From contig NW_026250404.1 of NCBI RefSeq assembly GCF_024521635.1, positions 1,116,001 through 1,180,000 of the forward strand: a DNA stretch of 64,000 nucleotides, written 5' to 3'. The stretch is from Tricharina praecox (Eukaryota). The notes under the pieces were generated by a model that searched no databases, had not been told where the DNA came from, and saw nothing but the letters and a program-made list of their open reading frames with translations. The translations under genes and the position numbers were made by a program. Shown piece after piece: positions 22,359-35,559 of this stretch (positions are counted from its first letter, which is position 1; every line of letters begins with the position of its first letter).

Positions 22359-23389
22359 CTAGGCCTGGGTTTCACGAATGATCCCTTCGATAATCTTCAT
22401 GCCCGCAAGCGTCTTCTCTTCCTTAAACTTGCGCTCGATAACCTGCAGTCCCACCGAATGGCCCTTCATAGTCAGCGGATCATCTGTATACTGTCAGTTT
22501 CACTCGTGCGCCGGTAGAGGTCCACTTCCAGCGCCGCCCTCATCGCGGTGACCAGCGCGCCCACCGTCCGCGCCATGGGCCCGGCGGTGCGGGAACGTGC
22601 TCCTGCCCCCGCGTGCTGACGGCGGTGCCCGCGTACGACAGGCGCGCACTGCACGGCTCAAACCCGGCGATCCCCATGATCGCGCTCGGGATCCGGATGC
22701 TCCGCCGATGTCGCTGCCGCCGCTCAAGCCGCCGGGCGTGAACGCTCTGTTCCGCGGGTCCGTCGTGAGCCCGAAGAGTGGCGACGAGGTTTCGCACCAC
22801 AGCAGGCTCCGCGGCACGGTGGTCTTGCTGAGGCGAGCACGATCGCGCCGAGCGAGGCGAGGACGGTGATGAGCGCGGACTGTGAGGTCACCAGCTGCGC
22901 GCACAGCGACGTGTACTATAAGTTATCGTCGTGTCCAGCCCGCGCACGTTGAACTGGTCCTTAACGGTGATCGGTCGGCCGTGCAGCGGGCCCGCGGGTC
23001 GCGAGGTATGCGTCGAGCGCCGTGGAGAAGTTCGGCTCTGTCAGGGCTCCGTAAGGACGACGCAGTGCTGGTGGACCACGGTCGCGCTCCTCGCGGAGTT
23101 TAGCGGGGCTCGTTCACTTCACTTCACTTCACGGCAGGGATACGCGGGCGGGTGCACGTCGTGATGTATATAGCCCTCCACCGCGTGCCGTCGCGTAATC
23201 GATGTCGTCCGCGTTGTGGATGGCGGTTTCGAGCAGGTCGCGACACGTCCGTCTGAGTGCCTGGCGGCCGCTGCGACGGGGGTAGATGCTATACTGCGTA
23301 CGCCGCGAGCTTGCGCGCAATCCCGTGCTGTTTCCGGCGTACGACGTCGCGCCAGTTCGGCGAATGGCGGGGGGCGCACTGGCGCTCAT
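22359..23389 (-). pseudogene. hxnN: Amidase-signature family pseudogene (HxnN-like)
   Basis: Minus-strand fragments in shifting frames: GPLHGRPITVKDQFNVRGLDTT, KTTVPRSLLWCETSSPLFGLTTDPRNRAFTPGGLSGG/SDIGG, SIRIPSAIMG...GQEHVP, GPMAR, and C-terminal MKGHSVGLQVIERKFKEEKTLA...TAG. Multiple frameshifts and internal deletions; only ~1 kb long. Confidence 0.85.
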
Positions 23390-24324
23390 GGTGCGGCTGA
23401 GGCCGAGTTGCGTGTCTGTTCGGTGAGCGAGGGATTCGGGGTGTTGCGATTCTCTCTCTGGGTCTGGCGAGCGGGGAGCGTGGCGAGCCACGGAGATAAG
23501 CATGCGTCGACAGCCTGCGCGCCGTGGTGTGGCCACTCTGCCTGCCTGCGCGACGCATGTGTTGCAGTCTTGCAGATGTCGGTCGTGCGTCGTGGGCGCT
23601 GGATGTGCGGCTCTCCTGTCCGATCGATAGTGGGAATGCTGAGGTGGGAGCATCCCACGGCCGTGGATCCTGACGAGCTTTCACTGGTTGCTGGTACGGT
23701 GGTCTAGGGTAGCAGGTAGAGTAGAGTAGAGACCTGGAGCATGAGCGTTTGGACTGGCCATGGCTTCTGCACGTCCAGCCATCCACTCCCACGGAAGCGA
23801 GTTCTTCAAGCCCATGATGCCACTTTTGCTGCTGTATGTACGGTATATAACTGCACTCTACATGCCATTCTGCAAATAACCAGTCGAGTCCCGGATGGGC
23901 ATGGCGGATAGATAGCTACCCCAGCTTCGGTGTTCCAGAAAATCAGCAGTCCGGCCGTGGCCAGTGGCCAGCAGAGTAAAGTAAGCAACGAACGACAGGG
24001 CCGGGCCTCTGCTCGGCCTACTTACTCTGCCTACTCTACGGCCCCTCCATCCCATCATGGCCACATCTAGAAAGAGGATATCGACCCAGAATCGCGCCAC
24101 AACAGCTGATTTTTTGGAAACAGAATTGTCACGCAACTTTGAACGCCCCGTCCCCCCTCCCATAGAAATAGAGCAGCATGTAACCCGCCATGCGCTCCCT
24201 TCCACTGAACGGAAGAACGAGAAGGAAAACCGGAAAGCCAAATATCCCGAGACGAATCCAGACCTGCACACCCGAGCCATCACCCGCACCCGCACCCACA
24301 CCCGCCCGCGCCACTACTCCCCAC

Positions 24325-26598
24325 ATGAGCGATCATCGCGAGCAGCCCCTCGAGAGCCACGAAGATCATCTGCAGGCTGCACGGGAAGTTACATCGAGCA
24401 TAGCAGTGCGCCCCAACGGAACGGCTAGAGCAGCAGCAGCTTCAGCTTCCCCCAGCGCCAAAAATATAACCACAGCGCTGTCCCCGAGCTCGCCCTCGAT
24501 GAAGAGACCAGCTTCGGAAATGACGCCTGGCTCGAGCACTGAGTATCCGACCCGCCCAAACCCGCCCACGCGTATCCGTCCCGACGTCGACACCGATGTC
24601 CAAGAAGTCGACGTGCTCGTCGTGGGCGCCGGGCCGGCCGGTTGCATGCTGGCGTAAGTCGATCCATCCATCACGTGTGGCGTGCTCTCCCTCTTCTCAG
24701 CGTGCCCCCCACTACCTCCAGCTCGCTGATTTGGCTTCTCTCCCGCTGCAGAACCCAACTCGCACGCTTCGGCATCAAGACCAAGATCATCGATGAGCGG
24801 CCAGACCGGACGCCGACGGGGCGCGCAGACGGGCTGCAGCCCAAGACGATCGAGACGTTCAAGCAGATGCGGATAGCGGAGCCGGTGCTGCGGAAGGGCG
24901 TCAAGATATTCGACATAGCGTTCTGGAACTCGAGTGCGGGCCAGCGATTGCGGCGGACTGGCCGGCAGGAGCATTTTCCGCCGCTCGTCGACGTGCTCGA
25001 GCCGTTCATACTCCTGGTACATCAGGGCATGGTCGAGAGTCTGTTTTTGGATGATATGAAGGAGCGTGGATTGGAGGTAGAGAGGAACTGCGTTTTTGAG
25101 ACGTGCACGGTTAAGGAGGATGAAGCGTATCCCGTCGAGGCGGTCTATAAGGATAAGGTCAAGAATACGACGAAGAGGGTGAGGGCAAAGTACATCGTTG
25201 GCTGCGATGGCGCGCATAGCTTGGTGAGGAAGTGTATGCCCGGCGTCGCGATGGAGGGCGAGACGACAGATGTGTTCTGGGGAGTCCTAGATGGCGTCGT
25301 GGAAACGGATTTCCCAGATCTGTGGAGCAAGTGGTATGTGGTTCCTCTTTTACGCACCGGTACTGGACGCTTACCACCGAAAGCAGTGCCATCTCCTCGC
25401 ACGAGGCCGGGACGATCCTCTGCATTCCTCGCGAGAAGAACATGACACGCCTCTACATTGAGCTCAATACCGTCGGCGAAACCGGTAATGGTAAGATCTC
25501 GAAGGCGATCGCCAAGGACTTTGTGATACAGCGGGCCAAAGCCATTCTGAAGCCCTACACCATCAATTGGACGTCGATAGAATGGTTTGGCGTCTACCAG
25601 ATCGGCCAGAGGGTGTCGACATCATTCTCTCACAAGAACCGGATCTTCATCGCCGGCGACGCAGGGCATACTCACTCCCCGAAAGCCGCACAGGGAATGA
25701 ACGTGTCCATGCACGACACCTACAATCGTGCGTATCCCCCATCTTCAGTAAACTTGTGCACACATTGATTCTCGCAGTCTCGTGGAAGCTCGCGCACGTC
25801 CTCCACGGCCTAGCCAAGCCCGCCATCCTCGACACGTACGCCGAGGAGCGGCGCAAGATCGCATGCGATCTGATCCGCTTCGACCACGAGCACGCCAAAG
25901 CCTTCATCAAGAACGACAGCAAAGCGCTCGCAGAGAACTTCAAGACGAACATCCGGTTCATCAGCGGGGTCGGGGCCGTGTACGGTCCCAACTCCCTCAA
26001 CCTCCCATCCTGGACGAGCACCAAGCTCGTTCCCGGCGAGCTCCTTGTCCCCGCACGCGCGGTCCGCTACGTCGACGCCAATCCTGTCGATCTGCAGCTG
26101 GACATACCAGTGCTGGGCCAGTGGCGCCTCTACTTCCTCGCCAAGGACTACCAGGCGAGCAAGTACTTTCTCGACACGATGGCAGAGTTCATCACCAGCC
26201 CACTCTCGATTCTCGGACGGGCATCGGAGAAGTCGCGGGGCGCGCCCACGCCCGCCCGCGCAGAGGCCGACGATATCGTCCAGCCCCAGCGCTATACTAC
26301 CACTGGACGACTGTTCACCCCCGCGCTGATCACGCGCACCCCGCAGGCGGAACTGGAGCTCGCCGACCTCTGCCCCATGATGAAGGATGCCCGCTGGACT
26401 GTCTACCTCGACCGCCTCGAGGGAAGGACTAGTCCGTTCAAGAAGTGGGTTGGCGGCGAGGTGCGAGAGGGCGAGACCGTGCTCGCCGTCGTCCGCCCCG
26501 ACGGCTACGTCGGCGCTATTGGGAAGTGGGTGCCAGAAGGAGTCGAACAGGCCGCCGCTTGGGTGGAGGCGTATTTTGGGGGGTTTTTGCAGGGGTAA
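24325..26598 (+). CDS. hxnV: Phenol 2-monooxygenase-like FAD hydroxylase (HxnV-like); 3 introns; alternative start 24190
   Basis: [42 protein letters not shown]...[30 protein letters not shown], and C-terminal VVRPDGYVG dimerisation domain. Confidence 0.85.
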
Positions 26599-28555
26599 AG
26601 GGGGTGGTGGGTGGTATAGCGCGCGGATCTGGGGTTGCATATGGCGTTACTTTGTTTGTTGGTGTATTTCATAGCTGGTTTAATGTGCACATTATCTAGA
26701 GGTTGGCTTATGCCGAATATGTTGAGTAGGACGGGCGATCGTTCGCTGTGCTGGCGGATGGCGGACAGAGTGAGAGTGGGAGGGTTACACAGTTGCACGA
26801 GTGATTCGAGAAATGGGTCCTTGCGGCGAGGGATCGGGTTGATTGATGATTACTGATTCATTTACTCGGGATTCTATCTCTCCGCGAGTAGGGATCTACA
26901 ATCGTACCGTGCAGCTGCTGGTATAACGGCTGGATTATGTACCCGAAACCCGAGACCCGGGAGTTGATACGACCAGTTCTCTAGACGGGTGGGTACACGA
27001 AATATCACTCGCTTTTGCGTTCGCCATCAACTTTTGAGTTCTCGGATGCAGAGGTAGCTAGGTTTTGAGTTTACTGTCTGTCTGTTTGTTTGATTTCATT
27101 CCGTACATAGGAAATTCTGGACGAAGAACAACAAGCAACAAGGGAAAAGTATGTACTGCATCGGGCCGGGCACCGGCGTTTGTGGACTTGGACGGACACG
27201 GTCCAGTACCCAATCAGCCATGATCTCTACTTCCTACTAGTAGTACCAATGCCGGATGCTACGATGATTAAACCCAAAATCTATAAAATAACAATAATCC
27301 GGGAGTCCGGGAGAGGCTACATTCATACAAGAAGTACTCGGGGATCGTGTGTAGGCAGCCGGTTTCTGCGAAACCACATGATGCGACCCTCGGCCGGCTG
27401 CCAGTTGCCAGTTGCCAACTGCCAGCAATGACAAATGTCTCGGTTAGTATTCAGCCCTAGTACGAGGGCGACGACTGTGTACCTAGCGGGCACGCATACG
27501 TCGCATAGGTAGCCTATGCAACTCCCCACACTCGCCACGTCGACGGTCGACCTCCCCTCCTCAAGCCTCGAGTCTCGAGTCTCGACAAACCACGGCTCGG
27601 TACCTACTGGTACTCTGCTGATATGTACTGGTACCAACCGGGTAGGCCCCACCCAATCCGGCGCGGCGCGGGTAGTAGCGGCAGGGCGCGGGCTTGTGTA
27701 GCGTATATATCCATCCCTATGCCGCCTTATCGAAGGACTGGCGAGATGCAATTGGCTTGCCATGCAGGATGGGTGCGATGCAGGATGGGTGCGATACCAA
27801 TTGCGGGCTGAAGATCGCGATCGACTTGTGGGTACGAGGCGTCGGAGGAGGAGAGTTTCTATTCGGGCTGCTGGGGGTCGCTTCGCAAGCTAGCCGAGAG
27901 CTGAGGGCTGAGGGCTGAGGGCTGAGGGTAGGGGCGATCCGATCCATCAAGACTTGGGTATTGACTCGAGTCAATGTTGATTTACATGCATACTCGGCCG
28001 GCTCTGAATGACCGTATGGGTGGTGGATGACGGCCATGCAACGCAGCGAGTGTGAAGCATGGCCAGGGAATTGCGATAAATACAGAGGATGCCGGAGAGC
28101 CTTTGTTGGGGCCTTTGGGCGGCCTGGAAAAGTGCCACAATCATGCTGTTCCACGCATCGTCTCAAAACTGGGCACAGAGATGTCGCCAACTACCGTACG
28201 GGGAGAAGGGGGAAAGGAAGGGGAAAGCGACACACCTACTCCGGTAAAGGAGTGAATCTTTCCTCATGGTGGGATGTTGCAGATTTTCCGAGTCTGTTCG
28301 TAGACGGCGAACTTGCCTCCGACACTCGAGCTGTAGGCAACGGTGTAACTAGGCCATTGGATTCGGGCACTCTCGTGTCACCACCCAGTTCCCAGCTTGC
28401 CAGCTTGCCAGCTTGCAGCACCTTGCTTAGCGTCAAGGTGATCAACACTGCACTGATATACATACGAGAGGATGTCCGTCGTCCGCCTCCGCTGCTCCTG
28501 TGGATATACATCCTGAGCCACAAGCTACAGCTCCTCCGAGCTTTCAATATTCACA

Positions 28556-31500
28556 ATGGCCACCGCAAAACTATCCCTCCCCACGCCGCTCCCCTCCTCC
28601 ACCAGCACGGCCACGGCCCTCTCACCTGCAGAAGCCCTCAACCCACTCGTACACTCCATCTTCACGACCTCGACGATCTCCTTCTTCCTCAATGGCGAGC
28701 AGCAGACCCTGCACAACATCGACCCGTCGGCGACCCTACTCGAGTACATCCGCAGCCACCGCGGGCTAAAGGGCACGAAACTCGGCTGCGGCGAGGGCGG
28801 GTGCGGCGCCTGCACCGTCGTGGTGCAGCAGGCGGACTCGCGGGGGCGGGTCGAGTGCCGGGCGATCAATGCGTGTCTCGCACCCATAGTTTCCGGTACG
28901 TAGTATTCCTGCTCTGCCCTGCCACTGCAAGACTGCAACCAAGCTGAGACCTCCCGCAGTGGATGGGAAACACCTCCTAACGATCGAGGCGCTGGGCACG
29001 GTGGACGCACCGCACCCGCTGCAGCAGCGCATTGCGGCACTGCACGCAAGCCAGTGCGGCTTCTGCACGCCCGGGATCATCATGTCGCTCTATGCGCTGC
29101 TGAGGAACGCGTATGATCCGCACAGGAAGGTGTTTCGCCTGGCTCGACGCATGGTTGAGGTTGAGGGCGCGCTTGACGGGAATCTGTGTCGCTGCACTGG
29201 GTATAAGCCCATCTTTGAGGTCGCTAGGAGCTTTGTCACGGAGGATTTGGGGGGCGTGTTGATGGATGAGGGGGAGGAAGAGGGGGTGGAAGAGGGGGAG
29301 GGGGCGGAGGGGCTGGGCGGGAACTGGACCGTGGATGCCGGGAAGGCGAAGGGTGTGAGTTGTGGTAGGCCCGGTGGGTGCTGTCGTGACTCCCCCAGCA
29401 GTAGTGAGAGTGGACAGTACGAGAGCTCGGACGGGGAAACGGCATCGGCGAGCACAAACTCTTCCACGCCACCTCCGGCGGAGGAGGAGCAAAAGAGCAA
29501 TGGTCAATCCACTCAGCCGGGCTTCAAAGAGTACTCGCCTGGCAGCGAGATAATCTTCCCCTTCAGTTTACGGAAATACGAGTTCAAACCACTCTGTTTC
29601 GGAAACGAGAGGAAGGTCTGGTTTCGGCCGGTCACGCTGGAGCAGGTGTTGATGATCAAGGATGCGTTTCCCTCTGCGAAGCTCGTCGGCGGGAGTTCCG
29701 AGGTCCAGGTCGAGGTCAAGTTCAAGAACTCGGAGTATGCGGTTTGCGTCTATGTCGGCGATGTGCCGGAGCTGAAGGGATTCGCTGTGGACGAGGCAAA
29801 GGGGGAAGCTGTCATTGGGGGCAATGAAATTCTCAGTCTGGTCGAGGGGGAGTGTTTGAAGTGGGGCAAGAAACTGGGGCCTCGCGGACTCGGACTGGAG
29901 GCGATCAGGAAGCAGCTGAGATATTTCGCTGGGCGCCAGGTTTGTTTTCCCCACGTAACGACATGGTGATTCAGCTCATGGAATGATGGGAATAGATCAG
30001 AAATGCCTCGACTACGGCTGGGAACATTGCCACCGCCTCGCCGATTTCCGATCTCAACCCGGTATTCGTTTGTGCTGGAGCAAGGCTGATCGCGCACTCG
30101 CTCTCAAAAGGGCCGCAAGAGCTGGATATGCGCAAGTTCTTCCTTGCGTACAGGACTACTGCGCTTCCTGCCGACGCGGTGATAACGAAGATCATTGTGC
30201 CACTTGGACATGCCAGCGGACGCGAGATCATCAAGGCGTATAAACAGGCGAAGCGGAAAGATGATGATATCGCTATTGTCACGGCAGGTCTTCGGGTGAG
30301 GCTTGGTGAGGACGGTTGTGTGGAGGACGTCTGTCTGGCTTATGGAGGGTATGTTTGCCAATTTCCCCCTAGGATGTGGGTTCTGATAAGTTTAGAATGG
30401 CCCCGACGACCGTCGAGGCGAGGAATACTCAAGAGGTGCTCATGGGGAAGAAGTGGTTTGAGCCTGCCGTACTGGAGGAAGCTATGGGTGCAATGGAGAA
30501 AGTGAGTTTTCACATAATATCACTCGCTTGCGGATTCGCACTGACAAACAGGATTTCAATCTCTCTTACTCTGTTCCCGGCGGTATGCCAACTTACCGCA
30601 AGACTGTTGCTTTCTCCTTCTTATTCCGGTTCTGGCACGAGGTTGCAGCAGAGCTGAAGATTGCCGAAGTCGACCGCTCCCTCGTCTCGGGCCTCGACCG
30701 ACATGTTTTCCTCAGTGGGACCCGAGATCATGACAACCCCTACGAGCAGGAAGTAGTGGGAAAGCAGATTCCACACGTGTCCGGCTTGAAGCAAGCAACA
30801 GGACAAGCGGAGTTTATCGACGACATGCCCAAAATGGACGCTGAGGTCTTTGGTGCATTCGTCATGTCATCGAAGGCACATGCCAAGTTGATCGAAGTCG
30901 ACTTCTCTCCCGCCCTGGAATCGCCAGGTGTTGTCGGGTTCGTCGATCATCACGACCTATCCGAAGACCGCATGCTGTGGGGAACCGTGGTGAAAGACGA
31001 GCGCTTCTTTGCAAAAGACATTGTGCGCTGCCATGGCGATATCATCGGAATGGTCCTGGCAGAATCCGCGGCGCAGGCGCAGACGGCGGCGAAGCTGGTT
31101 AGGATCGTGTACGAAGAGCTGCCCGCTATCATCTCCATCGATGAGGCCATCGCTGCTGGATCATACTTTGAGTCCTACAAGAGTATGCTGAAGACTGGAA
31201 AGCCAATTGAGGAAGCCCTGGCAAAATGTGACCACGTTATTTCGGGCGTCTCGAAGATGGGGGGACAAGAGCACTTCTACCTGGAAACCAACGCGGCGCT
31301 AGCCATTCCCAAGGAGCACGGTGAAATGGAGGTATGGTCGAGTACGCAGAACACCATGGAGACACAGGAGATGGTCTCGCAGGTTACTGGAATCCCGGCA
31401 AACCGCATTGTCGTCCGGGTGAAACGATTGGGCGGTGGCTTTGGCGGAAAGGAGGCGCGCTGTATGCCAATTTCGTGTATTCTTGCAGTTGCGGCCAAAA

Positions 31501-33086
31501 AGCTGGGACGTCCCTGCAGAGGCATGTTGAACCGTGATGAGGACATGCTCACTACGGGACAGCGACACCCATTCCAGGCGCACTGGAGAGTGGGCTTCAG
31601 TAAGGATGGCATGCTGCAGGCGCTCGATGCCGATGTTTACGACAATGCTGGGCATTCGCTCGATCTCAGCGGTGCTGTGATGGATCGTTGCCTCACGCAT
31701 ATCGAGAATGCATACTGGATTCCTAATGTGCATGTTCGTGGCCATGTCTGTAGGACCAATACGCACAGCAACACTGCGTTCCGAGGTTTTGGCGGGCCAC
31801 AAGGAAATTATATCGCCGAATGCATCATGACTACTATCGCCGACAAGTTGGGCATCGATGTCGACGCACTCCGATTCAGGAATCTCTACAAGGAGGGCCA
31901 GAAAACCCCGTTCCTGCAGACTTTAGTGGACTGGCATGTCCCCGAGATGATGGAAGAGCTGCAGGAGGCGTGTGCACTCGACGAGCGGAAGAAGGAGGTT
32001 GCCGAATACAATAGCGCGAACAAGTACAAGAAACGTGGCATCTCGATGGTACCCACGAAGTTTGGTATCTCGTTTGCGACTGCTTGTCACCTCAATCAGG
32101 CCGGTGCCCTGATCCACATCTACACCGATGGCTCGGTACTCCTTGCGCACGGCGGAAACGAGATGGGACAGGGCCTCTGGACCAAGATGATTGCCGTCGC
32201 AGCGCAAGAGCTTCAGGTCCCTTTCGAATCCGTCTTCACCGCGGACTCGTCTTCCAACACTGTCGCCAACGCCTCGCCGACTGCCGCCTCCTCGGGCTCC
32301 GACCTCAACGGCATGGCGATAAAGCACGCCTGCGATCAACTCAACGGGCGCTTAATTCCCTACCGTAAAAAGTATGGCAACGACATGAAAGCGATCGCCA
32401 GCGCCGCCTTCGTCGACCGCGTCAACCTCTCGGCCAACGGATTCTACAAGATGCCGGACGTGGGCTACAAATGGGGCAACCACATCGACCCGCTCCCACT
32501 GTACTTCTACTTCACGCAGGGCGTAGCCTGCACCGAAGTCGAGCTCGACGTCCTCACCGGCGACCACTTCGTCCGACGCACGGACATCATCATGGATGTC
32601 GGCCGCAGCATCAACCCGGCCATCGACTACGGCCAGATCGAGGGCGCGTTCGTGCAGGGAATGGGCTTGTTCACGACCGAGGAGACGCTGTGGACCGCGC
32701 GCGATGGGAAACTGTTCACCACCGGCCCGGGGACATACAAGATCCCTGGCTTCGCGGATATCCCGAAGGAGTTCAATGTGCGCCTCCTCAAGAAACCGAA
32801 GAGCCAGTGGAAGAATCTCCGCAGTATCCAGAGCAGCAAGGGTATCGGTGAACCCCCGCTGTTTCTGGGCGCGACGGTACTGTTCGCCCTCAGGGAGGCG
32901 GTTAAGGCCGCTAGGGAAGAGGTGGGCGGGAAAATGCAGGAGACGCTCGTGTTGGATAGTCCGGCGACTTGCGAGCGGATTAGGGGCGCGATTGGTGGTG
33001 ACGTGTGGGAGCGGATGAGGGTCAAGAAGGAAGGGAGGCCGTTTTTCGTTTGCGCACAGGGGGAGACGCTGGGGTTGGCTTTGTGA
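28556..33086 (+). CDS. hxnS: Xanthine dehydrogenase-family molybdo-flavoenzyme, HxnS (nicotinate hydroxylase/purine hydroxylase II) type; 4 introns (~28896, ~29939, ~30349, ~30502)
   Basis: GTKLGCGEGGCGACTV and QCGFCTPG/GNLCRCTGY 2Fe-2S motifs; FAD domain; Moco domain GGGFGGKE, TAFRGFGGPQG, KGIGEPPL; GISFATACH (extra Ala vs canonical FTAL) and an insertion before GNLCRC. Confidence 0.9.
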
Positions 33087-33940
33087 GGTGTTTGGTAGGA
33101 GGCATACAGGCAAATGGGGTTTTCAAGTTGTTGGTTGGTTGGTTGGTTGAAAATGGGGGGGGGTTTTTTTTTGTTTCTTCGTTACTTGCATGTAGCCCAT
33201 TCACTCTAGACATTGGCCGGACCGGTCGAACTTGAATGGAGCTCTGTCAACTACTTCAGGTTCACAACCACAGAGTGATCGTGAGTGATCCAACCTTGCG
33301 AAACATCCGGTTTGCTCGTAACTAGTCCGACACTATTTGCCGTCACCAGTAATATCTTGACCTACTACATGACTTTCCAAGCGTCCCTCCAGAAGAAAAA
33401 AACCTGCACTTAGAAATAATTGATGCAGGCAGCGAAAGCCTGAACGATCCTCGATGTTGTCTGCCACCACTACCGATGAGAGATAGATGATCAGATAAGA
33501 TAGGAGGAGGAGGGACTAGCCGGATCGGTGGATCTGGACGTTGTATGCAGATGGCTCTTCGAAGTTGAATAGAACCTCAACTTCTCCATATCCGTTTCTC
33601 TTCCAGGGCCACATACTTACGTCACTCGAGCGTAATCGGTCCATCACTCCACTCCTCACAGGAGCCAAATACGGTAAACCTGTGAACCCGAAGATCTTTC
33701 ATCATCCCGCCTCTATGTGCCTATGCCGATCACCGATCACCGACGGCAAAACTTAAAATAAAAAAACTTGTGTAAAAGCTGGGGAAGTTCTGGAAGATTC
33801 GCGCATCATCTATGATCTCACACTAGCTGGAGGCTAGCAGTTCAGCGAGCCGAATATCTATGAATAATGCTGCTTCCTTTTTCCATTCCGATCGATACGG
33901 GACGAATCTAGAGTATGTTACCTGACGTCAGGCGGGCAAA

Positions 33941-34024
33941 AATAAGAAGAAGAAAAGAAGAAAAGAAGAAGAAAAGAAGAAAAGAAGAAAAGAAGAAGAA
34001 AAGAAGAAAAGAAGAAGAAAAGAA
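33941..34024. repeat. A/G-rich simple repeat (AAGAAGAAAAG-type)
   Basis: Seen directly. Confidence 0.85.
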
Positions 34025-34621
34025 GTTGAGGTGTGGCGTGGAATGGCGGCGGCGGTGGTACGGCAGGCAGGTCATGATGCGATGAGGATCCCTTGATGGG
34101 GTGGACGGTGCCCTCTAGGTTCGACATCACGTTTCAACCGCTTGCTGGTCTCGACTGCTCGGGAGGAGTCCTTGGGGCGGGGATACCAGTACATTGGAGC
34201 CAGTGAAGATTTTGTACCATGCTCTACATACGGTGAATCACAAATCATCACTCCGTTGTCTAGCTGATCAGTTGCATCGATAACTAAAGATTGGATGTTA
34301 CTCGGCCGCCATGGGTTTTATAGAGGAAGTTCGAGCATTATCAATCGAGAAACCCCCCTGGATGTTACTTGGAGAGCTGCGGAAGGCGTGTCGAGGGTGC
34401 TGAAGATATTTCCTCTGGCTACTTACTTAGGCATCGTGAATGGATATATGTACTTTAAATACGTGGAGAAAAGAGATCATAGGAACATAGCGAACGTGAA
34501 GGGCCGACATCATTACATTAGGTATATAGTCCCCACCCTTCGACCGACCCGGAACCATCAGAGCGTGCACAACGACTATCCTACACTCCTCCCCGCCCCC
34601 CTCCCTCCCCCGTTCCCCGCA

Positions 34622-35032
34622 TCACAAGACCCAATCACACCTCACCCCCCTCATCGCGCCAGTAGGATTACTCGCGAGCCAAATAGCGTCCTCGACGCAA
34701 TACGCGGCGATGAGCGTCGACGTAGTGAACGTTGCAACGCCCTTATCGCCACTATCGCCATTATCACCCTTGTCGCCGGCGTAGTCGAATCCCCAGCCGT
34801 CGATCTGCCCGCACCGGTCATGCAGGTTGTTCAGCAGCCCGCTGCCAAAGTCCCGACCCCATGGCCCAAATGTCTCCACGGAGAACTTCCATGTGATTGT
34901 GTCTTGTTGAGTGCGCTTGCAGATGGCAAGGTTGCCGGAGCGGGGGGATTGTGTGGGGTCGGAGGGGGCGGCGGGGGCGAGTGAGAATATGGTGGTGGTG
35001 GCGGCGGCGGAGACGAGGGGGAGGAGCTTCAT
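34622..35032 (-). CDS. Small secreted protein, 136 aa, 4 Cys
   Basis: MKLLPLVSAAATTTIFSLAPA signal-like start; WGRDFGSGLLNNLHDRCG...W.F.Y...CVEDAI...C pattern recalls a family of small fungal secreted proteins. Confidence 0.7.
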   Translation of the reverse strand: MKLLPLVSAAATTTIFSLAPAAPSDPTQSPRSGNLAICKRTQQDTITWKFSVETFGPWGRDFGSGLLNNLHDRCGQIDGWGFDYAGDKGDNGDSGDKGVATFTTSTLIAAYCVEDAIWLASNPTGAMRGVRCDWVL

Positions 35033-35559
35033 GGTGTGGGATGGTATGATTGTGGCGGTGGTGGCGGTGATGGTGGTTCTGATCGAGGTGGTTAGATGTG
35101 TGGCGTTACTTCGACGATGGAAGATTTCCGTGGGTGGCGGCACTGTGTGCGAAGGAGCTAGCACAAGAGGTCTTTTACGCCTTTCCAGAGGCTGCGCAAT
35201 GCCACTGCGGCCACTGACAGGTCGGCATGAGTTATTACCGTACTCTACTAGAGTCGGACACGAGTGGTTACCGTCCTCTAATAGCGTCGGATACGGTGTA
35301 ATATAACAGTCGACCATTCAACGATTGAAGGAGGAGCAATGAGTGCTGCTGTGCGCGCGACAGGGATTTGTGCTGACACCAGCTCCAGTGAGCCGACCGG
35401 CGAGAAACTCTCCGCCCGGGAACGGAGGACCCCGCACGGCCGATATCTCAACTACTATATCTACCTAGTACCGTAGGTACGGGACCAGGCAACCGCCAAT
35501 GCCACCCTACCCCCCACATCGCTTGCCTACCTACCTGAAACGCGGGATCACGCAGGCCG

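Noticed and set aside
17280..33086. Secondary-metabolite biosynthetic cluster or ordinary purine-degradation locus
   Set aside because: No PKS/NRPS/terpene backbone gene; the FATAx motif and the companion families fit nicotinate catabolism better than HxA-type purine use.
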